Below, one piece after another: positions 1-8,635 of a stretch of DNA of 33,526 bases; within the stretch, counting starts at the first letter, position 1, and each line of letters opens with the position of its first letter. The DNA comes from an uncultured archaeon (lineage in GTDB: Archaea; Asgardarchaeota; Thorarchaeia; Thorarchaeales; Thorarchaeaceae): positions 9,641 through 43,166 of the forward strand of contig CAYWJO010000029.1 in assembly GCA_964458565.1 (NCBI GenBank). The letters run 5' to 3'. The translations under genes were made by a program, and so were the position numbers. Below the pieces are notes generated by a model that worked only from the letters and a program-made list of their open reading frames with translations, did no database searches and was not told the origin of the DNA.

Positions 1-1
1 A

Positions 2-493
2 TCTGGTTTTGGAGCAGAGACTGATTCGTATGATGGGATCAATCTGACCATATGGGCTCAAATAACAGATGACTCTAGTGGGGTCTATAATGCTTCAGTA
101 TATGTAAACAAACCAGGTTCTGCTACTATGAAACATAAGTGTAATTTCAATGGTTCCCATTGGATAGGTCAAGTGCCAGAACTCGTTTCAGGGACAACCA
201 TAACAATCTGGATGGAAGCATATGACTATGCAGAGAATGTGGCCCAGACACCAACTACTCAAGTGATTGTACCTGAAAGACCCATAATCACAAGTTCTAC
301 TAGTTCATCAGAAACAACCACTCCAAGTACCCATGGTGGAAGCTCAACCGTATCAACATCGAATATGACGACTTCAACGCCAACTTCAACAAGTCCTTGG
401 ACATTTCCGATCGGAATGGAAATGGTAATACTCATCACATTCATTCCGATATTTCTGATAATCATAGTTCTGATAATTCGAAGACGTAAATAA
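2..493 (+). CDS. C-terminal part of a cell-surface protein (Ig-like domain, Ser/Thr-rich linker, C-terminal TM anchor, basic tail); 5' end lies outside the window
   Basis: The frame of ORF 128..493 is open back to position 2 (SGFGAETDSYDGINLTIWAQITDDSSGVYNASVYV...), so ATG128 is internal. It has an Ig-like 'I.A.ITD.SGV...AYDYAEN' pattern, an S/T-rich linker, the hydrophobic stretch VILITFIPIFLIIIVLII and ends in RRRK. Confidence 0.85.
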   Translation, partial: SGFGAETDSYDGINLTIWAQITDDSSGVYNASVYVNKPGSATMKHKCNFNGSHWIGQVPELVSGTTITIWMEAYDYAENVAQTPTTQVIVPERPIITSSTSSSETTTPSTHGGSSTVSTSNMTTSTPTSTSPWTFPIGMEMVILITFIPIFLIIIVLIIRRRK

Positions 494-675
494 TCTCACC
501 AAAGAGTGCTATGAAATCAATAAGAAATAATCATCTGCATTTCTCCAAGATCGTTCATTCCGATAGACATCATTCTAGAAAATAAAAAAACAGTGATAGT
601 CTAATCAATGTATACTCAATGCTTATGCACTTTTTTGGATGATATGGCGATTTTTCGCTACAGTCTGGTTCGAGT

Positions 676-690
676 TTAACTTATAATGTA
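676..690 (+). promoter_or_regulatory. Possible TATA-like promoter for the giant surface-protein pair
   Basis: TTTAACTTATAATG lies about 95 nt upstream of ATG779, and an SD-like GAGGAG precedes the start. Position and composition only. Confidence 0.3.
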
Positions 691-778
691 GTATGTCATC
701 CCTAATGATGCGTCTACAGTCGATTATACACTGCAGAAGAAGAGCTATCTGTAATCATTGCCGAGGAGATTCTAATAA

Positions 779-3700
779 ATGAAAATGAAAAAAGGAGTCT
801 ATCTTCTACTTGTCATATTACCCATGATCATGGGTGGTTTAGTCGCACCAATGCTATTTCAAGAAGATGTGAATGGCACTGGCGATACAAGGAAAGTGGT
901 GCTAGAAACAGGGGAGGAAATCGAGCTCGCCCCAGACGAAGTTCTATATACGTACCGTCTCTCAGATGCACCTACAGCGATAAGCGGAGTAGGTGATCCT
1001 CTCTTAGGCTCGGAATACGGTGTGAGAACAGACTCATTCTCGGCAGAACGAATGAACTACGACTCGGCAACCCAAAACACTGATACAGTCAATCTCTCAG
1101 TCCCCCTCGGCGATGGATGGGAAGGATATCGTATCGATGGTAATGTTACAAGTATAACAGAGAACAGAACATGGGTTGAAAACTCAGACTTCGATGTAAA
1201 CGCAAATTGGACTTATTATACACATGATGAACCCTCATCTTTTGGACCCTCATATACAAATAGCATCAACTCTCAATGGCTCGCGACTGGCGATGCTTCC
1301 GGTGGTGGATGTGCTCTATTCGATCTTGAAACAGGTTATTATTATGATGCAGGAGGAGGTCTCTACGGTTACTGGTATGATGTGGGCGATAAAGCGTATG
1401 CAGTTCAAAACCTGACAATACCAAGAGGCGAAGTGACATCATTGGGATTGTCTGTTGACTACTGGGCTGATATCAATTGGGGAATCCTCACAGGCTTCTT
1501 TGAGGTCTTCGTCTCAATCGGAGACCCTGACAATGGTGGCACATATCTTTGGCAAAAAGCATTCGATGCTATGGGGACAGGCAATTCAGCAAATTGGCTG
1601 TCCTCGGGTTATGTTGAAGTTGAACCAGGACTTGTAACCTTGCCTGATGTTAATCTTTGGTTAGGACTAAGAACAACAGCTTTAGAGTGGTGGAGACCAG
1701 ATGTGCAACCACGAGCCCGTATGGATAATTTGGTCATTTACGTAACCGCAAAAGCTACTCCTGAAGACGTGAATCTCCAAATGAACGGTGTAAATGTACA
1801 GAACGTTTTGGATGGAGGAACACCATTGTTTGGGCTTGGTACAGTTTCATTTACGCCATCCACTCCTTGGAGGAATGATTTTGCGCTTGCTAATTTCTCT
1901 TGGACTCCGACACCAAATCCACCTGATCCGGACTTAGATATTAACATCGATATTGATGCAGATCTAACAGCATATGCAAGAAGGTATAATGTAGATACAA
2001 TTAGTGACACAGAGTTCTATACAACAGGTGAGAATTATTATATTGAGAACTCAACGGATGTGAATTGGGACACCAATTTCTATGTCGCTATTCCAACCGG
2101 ATATGACAGTGAATATTCCTTCAATATTTCAATCCCGTATAACCGCGATATCTATCATGTTGGTGCACCTCAAAGTCGTACGACGAATCTCCTGACTGGA
2201 TGGAATTTAGGAGACCCTGGAGATGAAGCCGTCAATGTTTCGGCATATGCCACCGGTGCAGGAGATTTGAATGGCTTTTGGTTTTTGAAAGGCACCTCGC
2301 CAAATATGATTACGAACATAGAGGTATGGGACGAGGGCTCAAGCTTATGGACTCGAACAATGAATTTCAGAGCGAATGATATAACACGTTTCGATGCGAC
2401 TCTTCCTGCAGATTACGAAAGTGATGTTGTTTACTTCGATATTTATGATTCGAATGGTCAACTCTGGACTTCACTATTAGCTAGTGTAGACGCAACAGGT
2501 CATGCAACAACAGGTTATGTGACACTTGATGCCTTCAATTCCTCAGTTGGTAGTTGGGAAGTTCACGCTTATGTAAATGATGAAGTTTCAAATGGAACTG
2601 TACACAATGTCGGATATTTCAGCAGAGGGTTTAGTATAACACACAGTACAAACATGGCAATAAAATATCCATTAGGTTCTGAAAGCAGTTGGACGGTGAA
2701 TCTGACTTATGGAGAACTCTTCCTTTTGCAAGTACGAGTTAATGACAGTGATAACGGAGAATTGCTAGCTGGGGGTACAATGACTTATGATTGGTCAGGA
2801 GGAAGTGGTTCAGTCAATGACATGGGAACAGGAGAATATAGTGTTACACTTGATACTGGTACACTCCCCTCAAATGGGCACTATATTATTGATCTCACAT
2901 GGGACAGATCCTACTTTGATACGTTAGCAAGACAATTCCATGTAAATGTCATGTTTACAACCAATCTTCTGTCTTCTGATGCGCCAGGTGTAGATGTGCC
3001 ACTTGGATATGATGCAGTAATGGATCTCAGGTTTGAAGATCAAGTAAAAAATCCAATTCCAGGAGCAATCATTGTAAGTAATTGGACTTACGATGACTAT
3101 TCAGTCACTCCGGTTATCGGTAAACCCGGTCATTATACACTTCTTATTGAAACTCAAAACGTACCTATTGGAAATTATCCGATAAGAATCACAGCTACCA
3201 AAGATTTCTATGAACAAAGAACAATCATCCTATCAGTTCAAGTCAGAGAACTTCATACATCAGCAATACCTTCAACAAGTCAGCTCTCTTTACCAGTAGG
3301 ATACTCAACTTCTTTTACCATCACATATACTGATACAGATCATTCAATTCCAATATCTGGATTCGCTAGCTCAATCAGCTGCAATTGGTCTGATATTCAT
3401 CAGGCAGGGGATCAAAATTATACTGTAGTCGAAACAGTGACTCCAGGATTATATGAAGTCACGTTGTTCTCAAAGGATCTTGATATTCTTCAGATCTATG
3501 ATGTTGAATTTCATGTTGACAAATATGGAGCACAAAATCAAACATTCATTGTGACGGTAGAACTTAGGACTCATTTAACTTCATTTTTCCTGGTTGACCC
3601 AGTCAGTCCAACACCTTACACGGGAAATATTGAGGTCCTTGTGTCGTATTTTGATGTAGATACAGCTACAGGAATTGAAAATGGTTCTTTGGTAGGTTAT

Positions 3701-6700
3701 AATGTATTAATAACATTGGAGAGTCCATCTTTACCAGGAATAATCTATACAGTGGTTAATGGCACCAATGCTGGTGAATATCTTATCTTGATTCCTGCTG
3801 AACAGTGGGGCACCATAGGGCCAAAGGTTCTTATTGTATACGCAGATTGGATTGGCCCAACCGTGAAATATTCCGATGAAGTATTATCAACAAGTGTTAA
3901 TATTATTGGAACTCCAACAGATATTTTCTTAGGAGAGAGTCCATCAATCACACAATATGGTGAAAATATATCATTCACAGTAATCTACTATGATGTTGCT
4001 GGTGATACAGGTGTTGTGAATTCAACTGGACCTTTTGCGGGTAATGTGTTGTTTTACATTGAAATTCTTACTACAGGTCAATCTCTAACTCCAGCGGATA
4101 TTTCAATGACAGAAATAGATCCGGTCAGTAGGCCAGGTGAATATCAAATCGAATTCGATACATCACTCTTGAGTGGAATTATCGGTTGTGAGCTAAGAAT
4201 CTGGTTCAATTGGACCGCTGGACAACTTCCGCTATATGAGAATCAAACACTGTTGGTTACTGTGTTTACGACTTATCGTCAGACAACCGTAAGCTGGAGC
4301 CCACTTCCAGTTACACCATATGACGAACTTGTCAACATGTCACTCAATTACAGAGATGTAAGCACAGCAAGTATAATTCTTAATTCACCAAGCTTGGATA
4401 TCAGTATTCAAGAAGCAATTACATACACCCTTTACTATGATGGTGATATAACCGGTGTATTCAAACTTGAAATTGATACGTCCTCCTGGACACCAGGTAC
4501 TCATGTTTTCCATATCGATGTTGTATGGACAGGCAATCCATTCTATCAGAATAGAACCAGTATCGCAATTCCGATTACAGTCCGTATGCGCTACACTGAG
4601 CTTTCCCATAGTTCATACGCTCCTGTTCAATTTGATAACAGCATTACAATCAGATTCACCTATCTAGATCTTGATGATTATTCATCCACCAATATGGATG
4701 GTGGAACATTTACTTTGGATGCAGCTCTTAGTTCATTCTATTCCGTAGATGACAATGGAGATGGAACATATGATATCACATTGAACATTCTTGAAGGTGC
4801 TTTTCCAAGTACAGGGATATACATCATCAATGCTTCAATATTATATGGAGGGACACCTTGGCGATACGCTGAGGATGCGACTGACTTCTTCTACCTAACC
4901 GTAACTCAAAGAAGAACGCAATTGACCAGTGATTTACCAGATCCTGCGCCTTATCTAACGCAAGCTCTCATTACCGTATACTACTCTGATGATAATAATG
5001 ATACTGGCATTACGAATGCAAATGTTTACGCTTCTTGTGCCACTGCTATTCAGGAATTAGAGCTCGGAATTAATTACCAAGTGCAATACATCTCAAATGG
5101 CGAATATCACATTTTAATAAACACTACCGCCTTGGGTACATTTGGCTCTTATTCTATTGTAGTAACAGCTAATTACACCGGTGCACCATTTTACCTTCAA
5201 AGAATTAGAACAATCGTAATTGAGGTATCAAGACGTCCTACATCTCTCACTGTATCAAAATCACCACTAAACACTCCCTTTGCCCAAAACGTGACTTTTG
5301 AGATTACAATTGAAGACACACTTGATTCTTCTGGAATCGATCTCGATAAATCAAAGCTGATTGTGATGTACAGTGGTTCAATCCTTGTATTAAATTCTGA
5401 ATACTCATTATTGGGTTCCAATGGGGTGTATACAATCTCTATTAATTCAACCCTACTGACTTCTGTCCTTGTTTCAGGATTATCATTACAAGTTAGTCTA
5501 TTCTGGGGAGATGTTGAACCCTTCTATGCAAATGATACCACATCAACCCAAGTGACTGTGGTATCAAGATTCACTCAGGTTGAAGTCCTCTCAACTCCAG
5601 GTGCGTTTATATTCTCAAACGCCACTGCACTCTTTCGATACAGTGATTACTTAACAACAAACCCCATAAGTGGCGCAGAGGTGGATTTAGCTTGCCTCAA
5701 CACGACATCCTTTGATTATTGGGTATATGATATGCTTGATGGAAGATATCAAGTCCTTGTGGATACATCAACCCTCGCCACACTTGGAAAATACTATTTC
5801 ACGGCAAACTTCACGTGGGTGAATCAAACAGGGCTCAATATTCCATACTATCAAAATATAACACTGATTTCCTTCTCACTCACAATCAATCCTGTATCAA
5901 CAGCCCTGAATTTTGAATTAATTTCAACTACGGTATTTCTTGGAGATACGATTTACGCTAATGTTACCTTCATCAATATTCTAACAGGAAAGGGTATTGC
6001 TGGAAGTATAATTATGACAGATTGGGTTGAGCGATACGGAACCAGCGCAACATGGACGTTTGTCAGTGATGGTATATACAATCTTACTATTAGTACATCG
6101 TCACTTGATGCACAACTCTATTCCTTTGAGATAAATGCTACAGCAGGATTCCATCAAAACAGAACAATCACAGCGGATGTTCTCATTTCATCGCTCCCAA
6201 TTAATATTGAAGTTTCTACTTGGCCAGAAACTCCTGTTTGGGGAGATATCTTAGTGATACAGGCGAATGTTACAGATACATTCAAGGGCTTACCACTGAT
6301 TGGTGCACAAGTAAACCTCACGATCAGTGGCACATTATACACAATGATAGAAGTTGACGATGGACTGTATAATGCAACAATACCAGCAGAGGAGTATGAT
6401 GCTGGAGAGTATTCCATCACAATTATAGCTTCCAAGCTTAACCATGAAACTCGACAACGTACTTTTCAAATCCGTTACCTTAAGCTCGATCCAATTCTTA
6501 TTGCTTCACTTGACGAACCATTAGCTGTCAGTGGTCAATCGGTAGTTCTTAGAGCAGATTATCTTCTAGACTCAGATTCTTCACCAATCACGGTTGGTCA
6601 ATTGACTTTCAGTTGGCAAGGAAAGTCAGGAATTCTAAATTGGGATTCTGTTGACGAGCAGTGGATAGGCTCTGTCAATGTTGCTGATGTGCAAATTGGT

Positions 6701-8635
6701 ACATATCAAATCCTAGTTCAAGCGTCCTCGACTAATTACAAGAGCGCTAGTTATCAGGTCACCCTAGAAGTGAGAGAAGCGAATACTCAATTGCGAGCTC
6801 TTAATGATCAAAACATCATTGTTGCAGTTTCAGGTGATGATGTTGAAATCACAGTCTACTTCAATAATACGGACCTTAACAGTCCAATCACGAATGCAAC
6901 AGTCTTCTATGATATCACTGATGCAATCAATGGCTCTCTGTTAGACATTGGTGGAGGATATTATGCTGCAAATATTTCAACGACTTCACTTGAAATTCTT
7001 GATTGGGTACTAACTGTGTCTGCTATCAGACCAGGATTTTCATTTGCATCTTTACAGTTTGAAATTAGTATCTCCAAAATACCAACTGAGGTTGTTGTCA
7101 TTGGTGATGCACTCATAATAGCATATTACGGAGAGAATGTTACATATTACTTTGAGTTTAATGATGCACACAATGGAATAGGTATTGAAAATGCCACTCC
7201 GACATTCACACTCGAAACGGAAACAGGATTCCTAGATGATTTGGGTGATGGTGAGTATTCTCTAACACTAAACACATCTGTTGTGGCTTCTTCTATCACA
7301 CAAAGAAAGGTATACATCACATTCATCAAAGGCACACAATATCGGATATCTTATGTACAAGTCGGGTTAATTGTTGAAGGAATTAGTACTGAGATAATCG
7401 GTGAAGAGGAAGTTGATGTACCGATAGGATTCGACTACACTCAGATGTTTTCATTTAGAGATACAATACATGACATATTACTAGGAGATGCAAATGCAAC
7501 TGCAAGATGGGAATTTGGCTGGATAACAATAACCAGTCACAATAATGGGTCCTATAGCTTTGGTCCTGCTGATACTGGATTGGAGCGACTTGATGTACGT
7601 TCTGAGCCTTATGAAATTACAATTCGAATATTCAAGGCGAATTACAGTGTATCAGAATTGAAATTATACCTCACAATAAGACAAAGACATACACAATTGA
7701 TTGTAGTAGAACCCAATTATCCGGTTTATGCAGGTACGCCCTTCGAAATTCGTCTTACTTACGTTGATACAGATTCAAATATCGGAATATTAGATGCCAT
7801 AAATACAACTGAAACATCGGGTATACTTGAATGGACGGCGTATTCAAATGACCTCCAAAATGGTACGTATATCTTTGGTTTCGTAACTCCTTCAGATGGG
7901 CTTTTTGAACTCACAATTGGCCTTTCAAAGACAGACTATGAAACCTCGTTCATAATCATTACAGTCTTTTCCACAGTGACTCCAGAACAACAGGCAATAG
8001 CTCAGACTTTCCAATATCTTGGAATTGCTGTCATTCTTGGGTCAATGTTAGCTGCTGCTTGGTTTAGACACTTCTCAATTCCACCACTTCTAAGAAAGAC
8101 CCGAAGAATGGTTTCTGCATTACGAGGTGGTACAGTACCATCACCTGCTAACGTAAGAAGCCGTCGAGCAATGATATTAGATGTTATGAATGATGATTTG
8201 AAACCATTGCATATTAGCAAGACATTTGATGATATTTCCTCATCAACCGTGGATGTATCAGTTCTAGATGTTGATCAGCTTCTAGGAGAGTTGCAACAAG
8301 TTGTAGGACTTACTGAGGATGACATAGTCGTTTTACGTAGAGATTTAGACAAAATGCGTCCTAGTGATCGCGCTGGTTTTCTAGGTGAAGTCCTCAAACA
8401 GGAACGCTCCAGAAGAGCTCGCGAGATAGCTGAGGCAAAACTTGCCGAGGATGAAGGACCAGATATCTCGATTGAGAGGAAGCTTTCTGATGAAGAGATT
8501 GAAGACATACGCAATCGACTTCTGAAGATGGGTATAGAACCAGACGAAGTTGAGATAATGGTGGAACAGGCTAAGAACCTCTCAAAAGCTGAGATAGAAG
8601 CATTACTCGATCAGATAGGAGGTGGCGAAGAATGA
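779..8635 (+). CDS. Giant type I membrane surface glycoprotein A (signal peptide, CBM/lectin-like head, 17 Ig/cadherin-like repeats, TM, ~190-aa cytoplasmic tail)
   Basis: 2618-aa ORF. N-terminus MKMKK plus a hydrophobic helix; beta-rich repeats with the pattern 'R.T.L...P.G...I...Y.D.D...I.GA...G.G.Y...IDT..L..G.Y.I...'; dozens of N-x-S/T sequons; TM FQYLGIAVILGSMLAAAWF at about 8009-8065; charged helical tail. Confidence 0.92.
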   Translation: MKMKKGVYLLLVILPMIMGGLVAPMLFQEDVNGTGDTRKVVLETGEEIELAPDEVLYTYRLSDAPTAISGVGDPLLGSEYGVRTDSFSAERMNYDSATQNTDTVNLSVPLGDGWEGYRIDGNVTSITENRTWVENSDFDVNANWTYYTHDEPSSFGPSYTNSINSQWLATGDASGGGCALFDLETGYYYDAGGGLYGYWYDVGDKAYAVQNLTIPRGEVTSLGLSVDYWADINWGILTGFFEVFVSIGDPDNGGTYLWQKAFDAMGTGNSANWLSSGYVEVEPGLVTLPDVNLWLGLRTTALEWWRPDVQPRARMDNLVIYVTAKATPEDVNLQMNGVNVQNVLDGGTPLFGLGTVSFTPSTPWRNDFALANFSWTPTPNPPDPDLDINIDIDADLTAYARRYNVDTISDTEFYTTGENYYIENSTDVNWDTNFYVAIPTGYDSEYSFNISIPYNRDIYHVGAPQSRTTNLLTGWNLGDPGDEAVNVSAYATGAGDLNGFWFLKGTSPNMITNIEVWDEGSSLWTRTMNFRANDITRFDATLPADYESDVVYFDIYDSNGQLWTSLLASVDATGHATTGYVTLDAFNSSVGSWEVHAYVNDEVSNGTVHNVGYFSRGFSITHSTNMAIKYPLGSESSWTVNLTYGELFLLQVRVNDSDNGELLAGGTMTYDWSGGSGSVNDMGTGEYSVTLDTGTLPSNGHYIIDLTWDRSYFDTLARQFHVNVMFTTNLLSSDAPGVDVPLGYDAVMDLRFEDQVKNPIPGAIIVSNWTYDDYSVTPVIGKPGHYTLLIETQNVPIGNYPIRITATKDFYEQRTIILSVQVRELHTSAIPSTSQLSLPVGYSTSFTITYTDTDHSIPISGFASSISCNWSDIHQAGDQNYTVVETVTPGLYEVTLFSKDLDILQIYDVEFHVDKYGAQNQTFIVTVELRTHLTSFFLVDPVSPTPYTGNIEVLVSYFDVDTATGIENGSLVGYNVLITLESPSLPGIIYTVVNGTNAGEYLILIPAEQWGTIGPKVLIVYADWIGPTVKYSDEVLSTSVNIIGTPTDIFLGESPSITQYGENISFTVIYYDVAGDTGVVNSTGPFAGNVLFYIEILTTGQSLTPADISMTEIDPVSRPGEYQIEFDTSLLSGIIGCELRIWFNWTAGQLPLYENQTLLVTVFTTYRQTTVSWSPLPVTPYDELVNMSLNYRDVSTASIILNSPSLDISIQEAITYTLYYDGDITGVFKLEIDTSSWTPGTHVFHIDVVWTGNPFYQNRTSIAIPITVRMRYTELSHSSYAPVQFDNSITIRFTYLDLDDYSSTNMDGGTFTLDAALSSFYSVDDNGDGTYDITLNILEGAFPSTGIYIINASILYGGTPWRYAEDATDFFYLTVTQRRTQLTSDLPDPAPYLTQALITVYYSDDNNDTGITNANVYASCATAIQELELGINYQVQYISNGEYHILINTTALGTFGSYSIVVTANYTGAPFYLQRIRTIVIEVSRRPTSLTVSKSPLNTPFAQNVTFEITIEDTLDSSGIDLDKSKLIVMYSGSILVLNSEYSLLGSNGVYTISINSTLLTSVLVSGLSLQVSLFWGDVEPFYANDTTSTQVTVVSRFTQVEVLSTPGAFIFSNATALFRYSDYLTTNPISGAEVDLACLNTTSFDYWVYDMLDGRYQVLVDTSTLATLGKYYFTANFTWVNQTGLNIPYYQNITLISFSLTINPVSTALNFELISTTVFLGDTIYANVTFINILTGKGIAGSIIMTDWVERYGTSATWTFVSDGIYNLTISTSSLDAQLYSFEINATAGFHQNRTITADVLISSLPINIEVSTWPETPVWGDILVIQANVTDTFKGLPLIGAQVNLTISGTLYTMIEVDDGLYNATIPAEEYDAGEYSITIIASKLNHETRQRTFQIRYLKLDPILIASLDEPLAVSGQSVVLRADYLLDSDSSPITVGQLTFSWQGKSGILNWDSVDEQWIGSVNVADVQIGTYQILVQASSTNYKSASYQVTLEVREANTQLRALNDQNIIVAVSGDDVEITVYFNNTDLNSPITNATVFYDITDAINGSLLDIGGGYYAANISTTSLEILDWVLTVSAIRPGFSFASLQFEISISKIPTEVVVIGDALIIAYYGENVTYYFEFNDAHNGIGIENATPTFTLETETGFLDDLGDGEYSLTLNTSVVASSITQRKVYITFIKGTQYRISYVQVGLIVEGISTEIIGEEEVDVPIGFDYTQMFSFRDTIHDILLGDANATARWEFGWITITSHNNGSYSFGPADTGLERLDVRSEPYEITIRIFKANYSVSELKLYLTIRQRHTQLIVVEPNYPVYAGTPFEIRLTYVDTDSNIGILDAINTTETSGILEWTAYSNDLQNGTYIFGFVTPSDGLFELTIGLSKTDYETSFIIITVFSTVTPEQQAIAQTFQYLGIAVILGSMLAAAWFRHFSIPPLLRKTRRMVSALRGGTVPSPANVRSRRAMILDVMNDDLKPLHISKTFDDISSSTVDVSVLDVDQLLGELQQVVGLTEDDIVVLRRDLDKMRPSDRAGFLGEVLKQERSRRAREIAEAKLAEDEGPDISIERKLSDEEIEDIRNRLLKMGIEPDEVEIMVEQAKNLSKAEIEALLDQIGGGEE
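2642..7975 (+). repeat. Protein-level tandem array of 17 Ig-like repeats (~95-125 aa each) in glycoprotein A
   Basis: Repeat starts read by eye: HST, TTN, LHT, HLT, TPT, RQT, RYT, RRT, RPT, RFT, VST, LPI, LDP, ANT, IPT, IST, RHT. The repeats are diverged at the DNA level. Confidence 0.8.

Noticed and set aside
640-745. tRNA T-loop-like GGTTCGAGT and fluoride-riboswitch-like CTAATGATGCGTCTAC upstream of gene A
   Set aside because: No cloverleaf can be built, and the 5' GATGG..TTC pseudoknot half of the riboswitch is absent.
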